From: Podarcis muralis
Taxonomy: Eukaryota
NCBI RefSeq assembly: GCF_964188315.1
Contig: NC_135655.1
Span: forward strand, 65,844,001 to 65,908,000
DNA length: 64,000 bases
Direction of reading: 5' to 3'
Part shown: one piece after another, positions 38,669 through 52,031 of the stretch
Layout: every line of letters starts with the position of its first letter
Position numbering within the stretch: the stretch's first letter is position 1
Program-made: the position numbers and the translations under genes
Notes under the pieces: generated by a model
The model's database searches: none
The model's input: the letters and a program-made list of their open reading frames with translations, nothing else
Told to the model about the DNA's origin: nothing

Positions 38669-40310
38669 AATTTAGAGGGAGATGTTTTAAAAGCCTTGAT
38701 AAAAGGTTGTGGTGGAGTAGCTGAGAAGGAAATCCCTTCCAAATACTCATCCAGTTGACATTCCTAGCATTGTATTTCCCCCCAATACTGGACCCAGCCA
38801 TTCCCCATTTATTTCAGAAGACTATTCCAGAAAAAGCAACGTGCAAACTGCAGTGCTGTGAAGATCCTAGTGCAAACACTATTGATTTCCGCAGAGTTTG
38901 CTCCATTGCAACAATTCTAAAAACCAATCTGTGCAGCCGAAAATCCCGAACCTGCTACATCATTCGAAAATCTTTGTATTTAGTTCAATTGGTACTCTTC
39001 CATCCATCAAAGTGAAGAGACATGTTTGTTCACGGGAAGCAACAACTGAACGCTAATGGCTTGAGACATTAGAATTAAAGTGGCTGAAACACTTCAAAGA
39101 AAAGAGCAATCTTATCATAGCTGCCAGGTGATGGATGAGATGACATCAGAAGTCTTTTCATCTGTAGCAGGTATGGTGACCTATCCATCTTGCAAGTCTT
39201 GCTGGCCAGTATTGGTCACATTTTCTCCTTGGAGGCCTCTAATGAAGACACAAACAGAATTTGAACTAAGGCTATACTAGCATGCTTGACAGGGACAAAA
39301 TCCAAGTTCTGTGAAGTTTTCTTCAAAAAGCTTACAGTACATATTTCTCAAAAAGAGAAAATATACTTGTTTGCTACAGAGAAGCACGTGGTCAGAATTT
39401 GATTACCTTCCTTGTTCTTTTTACCATTTTTTTTAAAAAAATTAAGGGTGTAATCCAAGCTGAAATGCCATAAGGAGTAGTATGAGTATCACTCCAAATG
39501 ATAGAAAGATGACGCTTGTCACAAGCTGACAGAAAGCTCCATCATGGTAGTGGATGTCAAATCTGTGAGATTCTGCTGGTATAGCAGGGGAAAGCAGTGT
39601 GTGGCGAGGGCAGATATCAATACAGGATACACCATGGCGAAAGCCTCTTTGTTTCCTCAACTTTTCCACCAAAATGGTGTGACCCTGTGCCGGCCCTGAG
39701 GCTGGCAACGTTAATGTGGGATGGAAGAAGAAAAGGCCACTCCCATCTCCTGCCCCAAACACAGTGAAAAGGCAGGTCAATGAGAGAGAGAATGTAAACG
39801 TATAGTAAGATTTATCTGTTCAATTCTCAATACAATGTTAAAAATGGACACAAAGAGTTTTATTATTTACAAAAAGTTAGAAGAACTCTTAACTGTCCAG
39901 ATAGACCAATCCGCTGCAGAACAGAAGTATGTCTGAGTGTATGGTTTGCTAACATTAGCATAAATTATTCTTTTCTTAAAACTGATTTTTTAAATATTTT
40001 TTAATATTTAAATGATATTTTTATTACTATTATTACTATTGTTATTACTATTATTATTATTATTAAATACACCACTTATATTCCAAAATCACTTTTATTA
40101 TATTTTAGGACTAAATGTCTCTTTTTCAGTGATGGTGAACTTTATTAATGATGGCCTCAAATTCTACTATTAATCTCAAACTGGCCTCCTCAAAAATGTT
40201 GCATGAATGCTAAATGTTTTGTTATTCTGTGAACTGAATTATCATCTAAATGTGAATGGCTTATTGTAAGTTTCTTTAGTGCAGAAAGTTAGTTGAATAA
40301 TGTATTCAAT

Positions 40311-40645
40311 NNNNNNNNNNNNNNNNNNNNNNNNNNNNNNNNNNNNNNNNNNNNNNNNNNNNNNNNNNNNNNNNNNNNNNNNNNNNNNNNNNNNNNNNNN
40401 NNNNNNNNNNNNNNNNNNNNNNNNNNNNNNNNNNNNNNNNNNNNNNNNNNNNNNNNNNNNNNNNNNNNNNNNNNNNNNNNNNNNNNNNNNNNNNNNNNNN
40501 NNNNNNNNNNNNNNNNNNNNNNNNNNNNNNNNNNNNNNNNNNNNNNNNNNNNNNNNNNNNNNNNNNNNNNNNNNNNNNNNNNNNNNNNNNNNNNNNNNNN
40601 NNNNNNNNNNNNNNNNNNNNNNNNNNNNNNNNNNNNNNNNNNNNN
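40311..40645. other. Assembly gap (335 N) in intron 7
   Basis: Run of N. No exon is missing, because exons 7 and 8 join in frame. Confidence 0.99.
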
Positions 40646-40905
40646 TTTGCACACCTGTTGTCAAAAATCAAACCAATTTCTTAACTTTTCTTCCTCTGTG
40701 AAAGAGACTTCCATATTTCTGCCTCATTTGAAGGGTACTTGAGAATTCCTCTAGACTTTTGAACTTACCTAATCATTGTGAGGTGGTCAAGGGTAGTGCC
40801 TATGTTGCTGGTTTCCCCCCAGTAAGCATTTCGCCAGCACTCTGCAACATCCCTGACACCCACACTTTCTGAAATGAAAGAAACCATGGAAGGAGTTATC
40901 CCATA

Positions 40906-41247
40906 CAGTGGTGGACCTATCTTTTCGGGGCCCTGAAGCTTGACCTGTTCTGGCGATCCCTTCACAACTAGCTATGAGGTCTGGGTAACCACTGTTGTCT
41001 TCTTCAATGGGCTTGTTCCATGATGGATCACCCTACATTTCCAACATCTGTGCTACTGACTCTCAAACTTCGGGGTGGATGAAATATATACAACAACAAA
41101 AATAACCAATCTGCGTCGTGCCTCTCAAATTGGCTTCTGTAGACCCAAAATTTTGAAGTAATCTGAACTAAAGTCACTTCTGGGGCCCTTCCAGGATTAG
41201 GAGCCCTGAAGCTTAAACTTCATTAGTTCCATTGTAGATCTCCCTTG
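40906..41247. mobile_element. hAT-type MITE, diverged
   Basis: cagtggtggacctat ... gtagatctcccttg, with an internal repeat gccctgaagctt. Flanks atcccata / attccatt match 6 of 8. Confidence 0.6.
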
Positions 41248-43152
41248 ATTCCATTCAGAGTGCAGACCATTAGTGAAATGTTTGATAGAATGAAAGAAAG
41301 GACACTCGCAAACATCCCTCAGCAAGGTTGCATTGAACATAGGACGAAGGAGAACACTCTATTAGCAGAAGTATTGCTGCTTGCCCAATGAACCAACCTC
41401 CCCTCCCCTCCCCTCTTGTGCCGTTCTGGGGGTTTCCCTGACCCTCCAGATCAGATTTGGGCAGAGTATAGGCAGGGCACAGGATGCGGGAAGGAATCAC
41501 CTTGCCGGCTTTCACTGATTTAGTTGAATATGGCCCTAAGGTAGGTGCAATAAAAAGCTGCATCCCACATATGAACATATCACTGAAATTTCACTCTCCC
41601 CTTTAATAACTTTTGAGAAATTGTCAGCCCAGCACTGGTTCATATCTTATAATATGTATTGCATTCATGGGAGATTTTGTAATAAAGTAGAGATTTAGCT
41701 ATGATATTTCTTTTTATTTTCTTGTGGTTTTCTCGGAAGAAAGGATGCTGGATTAGAAAAGCCTTTGGTGTGATCTGTGGGGACCCTTCTCAGGCTTTGT
41801 GGAGAGCAACAGAGTTGCTGCTTTCTTCCATGTGTCTTTCAAACTTGGAAACATATGGCAGTTCCTGTGACTCCAACATCAATAGGAGAGGTGCTGAGGA
41901 GGCAACAGAGCTCTACTCCGCTGTGCTCTCTTTATTTCACTGCTGCCAAGAATTTCTACCAAGAAATGGGAAACTGGCCCAGCATCTTAAGTCAATGGTG
42001 GGCCCTCTGCAAGGCTTTAGGCCTAAGTAGATGCACTACCATGCCAACTCTTGATGTCTGCCCTACCTGTCTCCAACACCATATGGCAGAACACTTGCCA
42101 CATGTCGAGAGATGGCTGCGAAGGGGTAGGAAGACATCTGATGGCATAGCTATACTCCTTCCTTGAACCCTTTTGGGCCTGGTGGTTCTTGTGAGGCTGC
42201 CACAATCCTGCGTTGGCTTCAGATAACAGCACATTTTGCCTGACAGATAAGGCAGATGCCAGTTGTCACTGTTAGGTTTGGCAAGAACAGGATTCTACAG
42301 CAGCACAAACCCAGTGGGATCAGGCACTGCTTATGCACATGTTAATATGGAGAGATAGTTGCAATAGTTTGGTGCCTAGCAAGGATAGTTCATCTACTGG
42401 ATAGTTGGACTGCCAATCACTGAAGACCTTTGGATGTTGTTACTGAAACAACCTGATTGATTCCACATGTAACATATCCTCTACTTAAGGGAATCCTTGG
42501 CAAGACCTCAAGAATTCGGGTGTGCTGCTTATCACTATGAATGTACTTTGGCAGAAACTTGCACAATACTTGGCTACAACATTTACAAGCTAATGCTATA
42601 AATTTCACACAGGCCTGAGCATTAAAATCTAACTAATGTTACTTTTGAAAATGTTGCCAGTTTGAATGCTTTTGTTAAATCCCAGCTAAAATTGCTGTGA
42701 GAATATATGTCTTTAGAAATTACCTGCAGTTTAAACCAACATTTTGCCACAATTAAAACAAGCCATCCTTTTGTCTCCTTTGCAAGTGACTTAAAGCACC
42801 CATAAAAGAATACCTGGAATGAAATAAAAGCCATTTCATTAAATGCATGTGGTTGTTTTGCTGTTGAAAAGGATATAGTATACAAAACAACAGCATTATC
42901 AAGCAGTTTGCCTTATCAATCTTTTATTGCTAAGTTTCAGGTACAGTAAGGAATTCTGCTACCTGCCACTGATCCTAAAAGCACTTTGTGGGAAGTGTTG
43001 TGTCAACTTTGGTTTGACTGTTCTCCCGGAAATGTTTTATGGCTTACAGCGCAACTCTCTTTCGCTATACTCTCACTCCATTTGGCATGCAAGCTGATAT
43101 CGTCTCAAGCAGCAATGTTTAGTTGAGCCATTTCCCTCTTTTTCATTTGCAG

Positions 43153-43354
43153 AAGAGCTGCTCCCTCTGCTGAATTTTCTGTGGACAGAACACGTCATCT
43201 GATGTCTTTCCTTACCATGCTAGGCCCCAGTCCTGACTGGAATGTAGGGCTTTCGGCTGAAGATCTCTGCACCAAAGACTGCGGATGGGTCCAGAGAGTA
43301 ATTCAAGATCTGATACCATGGGATGCTGGCACTGACAGTGGTGTTACCTATGAG
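43153..43354 (+). CDS. SPON1: F-spondin exon 8 (202 nt; RAAPSAEFSVDRTRHLMSFLTMLGPSPDW...DAGTDSGVTYE)
   Basis: Acceptor tttgcag and donor GAG|gtatca. Contains the spondin-domain PSPDW and WDAGTDSG motifs. Confidence 0.98.
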
Positions 43355-43721
43355 GTATCATAAATATTGATGCTACTCGCTTAGAACATGCACTGTTTAA
43401 TAAAATAGAAACATGCAGGGGCTTGTGAGAGATGTCTGCTCTAAAGGACATGGTACAAATATCTAAGATAAATAAATTAAATGTGCATGCTTGTTGTTTC
43501 TGGTCAAGTGTTGCAACACCAGTTAGAAGCAGGGAAAGCTGGAGTGGCAGCTTCTTTTCTCCTATAGAAAGGGGGCCTCTAGAAATGATTGATGCAGGTT
43601 GTTTGTCAATATGTGTTGCCTTGTCTCCCATCTGTCAAAAGTGCTAGATATCCTTGTGGGAGACTAATCAAGAAAGTATCTTGCTGTGGGCAACACCAAT
43701 GAGCCCTGATATTAGAATTTC

Positions 43722-44052
43722 TCCTCCAACATTTCTCCGATGAAAATAGGGGCGTCCCATTCCATAATGATAATTTTGCTATATTTACCCCACACATCTT
43801 ACTGGGCTGCCCCAGCCACTTGGGGCAGCTTCCAACATATATAAAAACACAATTAAACATTTAAAAACTTCCCTATACAGCATTGCCTTCAGATGGCTCA
43901 GGGGTCGAATAACTCCATATCCTCCAACATTTCTCCAATGAAAATAAGGACATCTGAAGGAAAAGTGGGATATTCCGGGATCAAATTAGAAACTGGGATA
44001 GCTTCTCTAAATCAGGGATAACCCTAGAAAATAGGGATACCTGGAGGGTCTG
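43722..44052. mobile_element. Composite MITE carrying an L2 3' tail (copy 2)
   Basis: cctccaacatttctccgatgaaaatagg appears twice around an L2 tail, and the element ends ggagggtctg. Confidence 0.72.
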
Positions 44053-45958
44053 ATACTTTGGTTTCTGTTCAGGAGTAGCATCCAAGAAATTGCAAGGGAA
44101 GGGAAAATAATTTATTATCACTTGTGAAATTTCAGGAGGCTTCCTTTCTGTTTGTTTTGCATATCCTACTGGAGGCCTTGCCCACTGCAGTTTGAACATC
44201 CACACCACTTGGCTGCTGATTAATAACTGCTACTCTTACTCTTACATGCAGAAATAAGTTTTGCATGGAAATTAATTGTTTCTAAAATGGATTCCTAGAC
44301 CAGAACTTCAAATAGTTGTATAACTCATGGTATTGTTCCTGTGAAGTTCTGTCATTCTGAAATGTTTGTTTATTACACTTTATCCTGTCCTTCCTCCACA
44401 CAGCTCAGGGTGACCTCTGTGGTCTTCCTGTTAACATCACAGCAGCCCTGAGACATAGGGTCAGTCCAGTCCAGATAGGTCAATCCATGGCTGTTTTGTC
44501 CCTATGGATTAACTTTGGCAGTCATGGTTTTCCCACAGAATCCCCTTTCCCAATGATTGCTTCCATCAGCTCCCATGGGTCCTCCATCTCTCAGGTGCCT
44601 ATCAGGAACCAAAAGGCACTCTGTGTCCTCACACACCATGTTTTTTTTCTTCTGAATTGACCTAACCACCACTTGTACACTGCCGCTAGGAAACAGTAAT
44701 GATAGTATGCAGCTGCTGGTTACATCCCCTCCAATGCTGGCTGTGAATGTACAGTCCTTATGCCAGAGTATTTGAGTGTGGGAAAATTTAAATTTAGGAC
44801 TTTAACAGAAGCAGTGTGTTAGCGTAACATAAGGCAAAGAGTATCCCCTGAGTAGTGCAGGTATAATAGCTTCTGTGTAAGTAAAGAATCAATACATTGT
44901 AATTAAACATTGGGCAGGCTCTTGTGGAGAGAGGAAGAGAGTTGCATCTCAAATCAAAACCCCTTTATGTAATTTTATGTGAAGAATTTCTTATTCATTT
45001 GATCAGTCCTGAGAGAATAAACATCATATGTCCTTATCACTAGAGGAAAAGATTACCACTTAATTTGCTTCTTTAAGTGGGAAATGGACAATATGCTTTG
45101 TCCATTCGATGCTTGGATGCTTCCTGGCATGTTTATTAAATATCATTATTCTTATCCAATATGGGTATATGCTGGCTCTCTGCTGAGCATACGAAAGAGT
45201 GGAAGCAGGGCATCTCATTCTTTACAATGTAGGGGGAATCTTCCATGTGTAAAAATGCCACAAAAATTGCCGTACATATATATTGATCCTCAAAAAAATA
45301 TTCTGTTTGCTATAACTTTTCCAGCTACACAGATTAGAAACCAAGGGTCTTTTTTTAATTTTAACACAAAGAAGCGATTTTGAATGCAGTCTGTTGAGTA
45401 TGCCCTGAAAATAATTTGTTCCAATTTATGTATATCCTTGCTGAGATAACTAGTGCCATGTGCTGTTTTCTACCCAAGGCTTCTCCAGAACAGTGTAGAC
45501 TTTATTTCCATGACTCACCACAGGAACTCTGCTATCTTACTGTTCTGTCATTGTATTGCTCTGTGTGGTCTTATCAAACTTCCTGCCTACTATCATTTTG
45601 TGCTGTTTAGCGGAATTATTGTTTTTCAAGCATGCTATTGCCTTCCCACTGAATGTTGTTGTTCAAGATTCCACCCCTCCTCCTTCCCTGCATGTTTTTC
45701 TCATTTTATGGTTTACTGTCCTGCCTCTTTTCCGAGTCCATTTCCTACCACAGATCAACAACTCCCAATTTACTACCCCGGAATTACACAAGGCATTGTT
45801 TACTTTCTTTCACGGTCATTAATGAAGATGTCAGCAGAAACCAGAACCAGCACACTTGTGAACTAGCATAACAGTTTGTCGTTACCCTTTAAAACAGACC
45901 CTTGGGTCGAAAATAATGAGGACAAACCAATCTGGAAATTCATCAAAAAATACATAAA

Positions 45959-46203
45959 TACAGTTGTACCTTGGTTCTCAAACAGAATCCATTCCAGAAG
46001 TCTGTTCGACTTCCAAAAATCAAGGCACAGCTTCTAATTGGCTGCAGGAGCTTCCTGCACTCAATCGGAAGCCATGGAAGCCCCATCAGATGTTCAGCTT
46101 CCAAAAAACATTTGCAAACCAGGACACTTACTTCCGGGTTTGCGGCATTCGGGAGCCAAAACATTCGAGTCACAAGGCATTCGAGAACCAAGGTACGACT
46201 GTA
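45959..46203 (-). mobile_element. Tc1/mariner-type MITE, family B, inverted relative to 21186 and 29920
   Basis: TACAGTTGTACCTTGGTTCTC ... GAGAACCAAGGTACGACTGTA, a 21-bp TIR with 1 mismatch. Confidence 0.88.
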
Positions 46204-46759
46204 GATGCATTTTCCTATCTTAACATATCTTACTGTATCATATACTAAACAATGACACTGATGCTGGAGGCCTATTGCTCTCTAACTAATTGATTTGTTT
46301 GTATTGACTTTTGACACTGAAACAAAGTTATCATTACACAAATCCTTGAGTTGGGTTTGCTGGCTGAGTCCTATGGATTGGTTGTATTTGCAGCAGGGGA
46401 CCGCATCCAGAGAGATACATCTGTATTTCTTATAATTCTACTGAACCAATCTCTGTTAGTTCTGATTGATGAGCATTTGCCAGGGTGGGGTGGCGAAGTG
46501 CCAATCAGACTGAATTTACCTTAAAGAGGTATGTGTGTTGGAGGAAGAGGAAAGCAACCCTATTTTATTTTATTTTTAATAAAGTAGAATGCTTCCAGTA
46601 ATCAATTTGGGCTTCATATAGGATATAAATTTTAGAAATAAGAAGTTGATACAGAACCCATTCTATTATTAACAGACCTTGGTGGCTGAAGGCTCTTTTT
46701 CCGCTTCAGACTTTTAAACACCCCACATTCATTTGCAATTGTGTGAGACTCTCCTGACT

Positions 46760-47165
46760 AGGAATTGAAGGATCTGACAATTTCTATCTGTTTTTAACTT
46801 TTCCCATCTTAAATTTTTGCAACAATTTCCTAAGAAGAAACCTATGAAAATTCTTCAACATTTTTGTGTGACTTTTTCCTGTTTAACGCATTTTTGTATG
46901 CAGTTTTCACCAATGAGCACATTTTTGCAAGTGATTTCTCCTAATATAGTGCATTTGTGCGTGTTACTTTCCTTATTATATTCATTTTTATGCACTTTTG
47001 CCCCTAATATACACATTCCTGTGACATTGTTTGGTAGAAGAACGGCATCACAAAATTCAGAAAAGGGTGGATTTTGTTCGCCCTCCTCACCCTACCCCAC
47101 CCCACAACCTTAATATGGAAAATCGGAATTAAATGGGAACTGAATCAAATTTCTTCCCCTTCCCT
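46760..47165. mobile_element. AT-rich non-autonomous DNA transposon; a related fragment lies inverted at about 8870-9050
   Basis: Degenerate ends taggaattgaagga / ttcttccccttcccta and a shared ttctcctaatat core. No TSD seen. Confidence 0.4.
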
Positions 47166-48385
47166 ACTTCAAATACAGACTTCAAGTCTGGCATCACTTT
47201 CCAGAATGCCCATGTATGTGGCCACATGACACAACGGGCATTCTAGGAAGTGCTGTCTGGATGGAAGCCTTTGTGAAAAGATTTCTGCACTCCTCCAAGT
47301 GTAAGCGACGGTCTCTGAGGTATTACCTAGTAAGTTAAGAGCAACCATCCTTACCCACAAAATTTCACAAAAATTATCCCATTCTCCATGAAAGAGGCCA
47401 AGGTTGGGAAACCTCTTCTGTAAGGAGCAAAGGGTTTCATGAGAATAATAGCTGCAGTTCAGCACAGTTTTAGTCTAGAGCTGGTTATTGCCTATATAAT
47501 GCTGAAATACAGTCCTGATAATCTTCTGATGTTCTTTTTGATTCCACAATGTAAATCAGTCCCCTTGCTTATCCATCCAGTTTCTTAAAATAAAATCCAT
47601 CTGCATATTGCTTGTCTTCTGACAATTCTGTGGAATGGGGTGGGGTTTTTTTAAACTGACTGCCGAACTAATAAAAACAGTAAAAATTATCTGTCGTAGA
47701 AATAAAAAAGCCCGCTGCAGGTTCCTAGTAGATGAATCTGAACTGATCGTGGCAGCGAAGCCTTTAGCCAGATATTTCTCATAGTTTCCTAGACAAAGCA
47801 AAGGGTCCCTGTTCTTTATGTGCTTCTGCCCCCTGCCTGCATGCTACGGTCATGCTGCAAAAGAGGCTTTTAAGGAAGCTTGCAATGCCAAACGTCTGGA
47901 GTTATAGAATGAGCAGAAGCTAAATGATAAAAGCCAATTTATAGTATATATTCAGGTGGATCTCTCCCCCCCCCCAATTGTGCTTTAAAGTTGTGGGGTT
48001 TTTTTAAAAAAATGGCTATGGTTTTTAAAGGAAATTGTGGCCTTATGAGGCACACACAACTTCTCTGTTCAGTTTTCTGCCCCTGTTCTCAAGCCTCACT
48101 CCCATTAGCTTTGCCTCCACAGTACCATTTCCTGTAGCCATTACCTTCCCCCCACCCAGCCTCGCCAACGCTGGAAACAGGAGCATGGCAAAAAATAAGG
48201 GGGGCTGTGAGACACCCAAAAGGGAAGAATTGCACTGGAATTTCTTCAAACAGTGAGGCTCCTTTTAAAGACAATTCTAATGCTATTATACAGGGGGATC
48301 TGAGATGGTTCTTTTTTTGAGGGGGAGGAATGGAGAATGAGAAAGAGAATGAATAGATGAATACTGTATGTGTCTGCATGTTTAC

Positions 48386-48387
<2 letters not shown>

Positions 48388-48425
<38 letters not shown>
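48388..48425. repeat. (GT)n microsatellite
   Basis: Seen directly. Confidence 0.95.
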
Positions 48426-48429
<4 letters not shown>

Positions 48430-48598
48430 GCATGAATGAGGTGTGTATGTTGCTTTGGCCCCACCTACTTCTGGTTTGGCCACTTCTGGCACAGAGCCTT
48501 GAGAAAGTTTCCAAGGGTATGTGGCTCTTTTGCCAACAAAAATGTTTCCGTAGACTACCTGCACATTTCATCCACTTCTGTTGAAAGGGTGGGGGATA

Positions 48599-48844
48599 TA
48601 CAGTGGTACCTCAGGTTACATACGCCTCAGGTTACATACGCTTCAGGTTACAGACTCCGCTAACCCAGACATAGTGCTTCAGGTTAAGAACTTTGCTTCA
48701 GGATGAGAACAGAAATTGTGCTCCAGCGGCGCGGCAGCAGCAGGAGGCTCCATTAGCTAAAGTGGTGCTTCAGGTTAAGAACAGTTTCAGGTTAAGAACG
48801 GACCTCCGGAACGGATTAAGTACTCAACCTGAGGTACCACTGTA
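48599..48844 (+). mobile_element. Tc1/mariner-type MITE, family A
   Basis: Perfect TIR TACAGTGGTACCTCAGGTT / AACCTGAGGTACCACTGTA with TA ends. Confidence 0.92.
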
Positions 48845-50769
48845 ACCATTATTTTATTTCCCAATACTGAAGGCAGCGGTAGTGAATGGAGCAGACTCAG
48901 GTGAACCCTGATCAGAATCAGGCAGCCTATGAAGCACGGAGACCAAGGAAGGTTGTTCTTGCTGAAGAGCTAAGTTGGGGTTTGAAATGAATCTTGTGGT
49001 CAGTGCATGCCCCTACTATTTGGACCACGGATCTGGCTCAGTATAAGCAGCTTCCTATATTATTTATAATTCAGAAAACAGACAACAATATCACCTAGAG
49101 TCTTTCCTTAAATGAAGAAGAAATGAGTGAACAAATCTGGGTGGGAGAGAGGTTGTTGAGTATCTGATATATGAGTGGTGGGTTGCACTCAGCTTGAGCT
49201 GTACTAAAAGACTAGCAAGAATCTGTTTGCTGTGGATCAGAATTTAAAAGATGCACATGTGAACAAGTAACAACTAGGTTTGGATTGACAGACTCCTCCC
49301 CAAATCTGGATGCCATATGGACAAAAAGTCCAAGCTATTCAAGAATCCAATTTAGTCTAGCTGGTTATCATTTTTAGAAGAGTTTGTATGGGTGTGTGTC
49401 CTGCTCTAAAGAGTGTGCCTTGGAATAAAAAGTAGGGACTAGGTTTCTGCCTAATATTATGTTTATTCATCCATTAACATACAGTTGAAATACCTTCTCT
49501 ATTGTCATTTCAGTGGAGTTGTGTTTATTTAGGATGGTGTATTTAAAACTTTAGGACATCCATACTAAGTTTTCATTGCTGACTTTTCCAGGAGCCACAA
49601 AGGAAGGGCAAAAGTCTCAAGAGAAATAGGTGGGAGAACTGAAATTGGGATGGCAAATGAAAGCTCTTGCCATTCTGTTTGAACTTTGCCTTTTATGTCA
49701 AAGTGTAAGGTAGAATAAGCAAGCAAGGTTTTTTTTATTTTTTATTTTAAGTACAGTGCAAGAACTTGCTTTAGTCTGTAGATCAGTCAACCCGAAGTCA
49801 TTGTGTAAACTGGAAATGATTTATGAGTACTGGCAGACAGAGTTCATGGACACTCGCTAGGAGCCAACACAACGTTTTCTGCGATATTCAATTTTTATAT
49901 TAAATATTTACCTTCCTGAATATGTATGAGAGCAGTTAATGAGAAATGTGCAAGTGTAGACAAAGTTAGGATTTGAATAGACTGCCCTGTTTATTTTCTG
50001 GCTATATTGATTTTTATTTTTAGTAAGGTGTTAGGGTCGCACAACCTTTTGTGCAGTTGATGTCTTGAAATAGTTGAGTGCAGCAATATTTGTTAGGGAA
50101 TACGAATATCAAATATGTATTTATGCTCAAATTTTGAAGTGTGTTTCGATTTTTACAGAAATGTGGAAACGGAAGATGGGGTGGGTTTGTAGAAGTCATC
50201 CATGCTTTCCAATTGAATTTGTAGGTTTTATAAGACAATGCCTATTACAATTCTGGTGGCTTTTCTGCTTTAATTTTTTTGTTCTGGTATTGCTGCTATC
50301 AAATTAGTTCATATTGTAATTTGATTTGATTCCATATTTTTATAGAGTATTTGCTGTGAGTGACTTTTACTTTGTGGCTGAAGACACAAAATATATAAAT
50401 TAATGTGCTCCCAGTTTGTCTTCATTTTAGCTTCAGGCTGTTGTTTTTAATTTATTAATTGTCTTTTGTACAGTCTTCAAGAGACAATGTACAAGAAAAA
50501 CTGCCAGAAAACCCAGTTTTTAAGAAACAGCAGGTGCATTTTTTAAAAAAGAAACCTAAAACCATAAAAAATAGACAGTCATGACAAATATATACTCATG
50601 ATAAAGAGTTCAGAATCTGAGGTCAGTTGTAATGGAAGTAGTGTACAACTGAAAACTTTTCAGAGTACTTCTTGATTCTAGTGCTATTATTTTTTGTGCT
50701 GAGTGTCCACTAATCACTGTGACATTTTTCATCACGGGTTTCTTCTGTATCTATATCTTTCTGCTGCAG

Positions 50770-50910
50770 TCACCCAACAAACCAACAGTACCTCAAGAGA
50801 AGATAAGGCCTCTCACCAGCCTCGACCACCCCCAGAGTCCCTTTTATGACCCAGAAGGAGGATCCATTAAGTCAGTAGCCAGAGTTGTCATTGAAAGGAT
50901 TGCACGGAAG
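50770..50910 (+). CDS. SPON1: F-spondin exon 9 (141 nt; SPNKPTVPQEKIRPLTSLDHPQSPFYDPEGGSIKSVARVVIERIARK)
   Basis: Acceptor ctgcag and donor AAG|gtacca. Phase 0-0. End of the spondin domain. Confidence 0.97.
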
Positions 50911-52031
50911 GTACCAGTATGGCATTCCTAACAGCAATACAAATTCAATTGGGGGGGAGTGGATAAATCTAATAATAAATCTGGAACATAGAACTAATTT
51001 GTTCATTACTAGATTTTTCAACTGGTGCATAAGAAACATCAAAGAGAAGCTATGAATTGATCGTTCTGTCTATGTTGGGTCAGTGGAGACATGAGGGTCC
51101 CAATTTCTTAATCATGGTTAAGTGACTGAGAGGGAGCTACCGGTTCATACAGTGACTCTCCAGAGTGCCCAGCTGAGCAAATTCACTACCTTTCACTTTA
51201 ATCACAGTTAAGGGATGCATTGGCCCCAATCAGTTTGCTTGAAAGGATGACCACTTCTTGCCAATACGTAAGAGTATGAATGGAACTCCTCCTAGAGGCT
51301 CGTTTTTCAAGGACCCACCAAAGTTTAGCAGCACTGGGTCTGAGGAAACCAGAGAACTGGATTACTCTTTATTTCCTATGCAGGTGATTTCAGGGTGTGC
51401 ATAACTGCTTCCGACTGTGGTCGGTAGTCAACCAACTCACTGAGCTAGCAGAAGCCAGCACAGGGATTCCTGCAAATGCAAAATGACCCCCCCCCCGTCC
51501 CCCTTCCCCCTCTCCAAATCTGCCCCTGAGCGTTTGGAGAACCCTCAGAACAGCATAGGGAGAGGAGAGGGGAGATCATTCCATCAGGCAAACAGAAAGG
51601 CAAGTACAACCCCATAATTCCCCACATGCCCTCCCAGTAACATCTGGCATTATGACTAATGAGATCATCACTTTGGACGTATTCCCACCTTGCCAGCAGT
51701 TTAAACCACATTTGCCTTTTACAAAATTCTCCTTTGCATCTTAGCTTGCCATTTCTGACTCCTATTTGAAAACTTCTCCAGAGAGAAGTTTCAGCAGCTC
51801 TCATTCTTCAGAAGAGAGGCCTAGGTACCCTTGAGGCTTTAGCTTCCTGGGCTATTTCACAAGACTTACATTTTAAAATGGACCTCATGACTTCACTAGG
51901 CCTTCACTAGGTTACACTCCAGGGACACAGATCTTGTTTGTACATATTCAGGCAGCTGATTTTCCATTCCAGCGCCTGCAACTGCATGGTTTCCTCTGCC
52001 AATTTAAACACTTGAAAATGTTTCTTTGCAG

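Noticed and set aside
40242-40742. Several long ORFs in the track
   Set aside because: Artefacts of translating the N gap.
41777-42240. 129-aa ORF in GC-richer sequence upstream of exon 8
   Set aside because: No recognisable domain or splice structure. Possibly an old repeat, but I cannot assign it.
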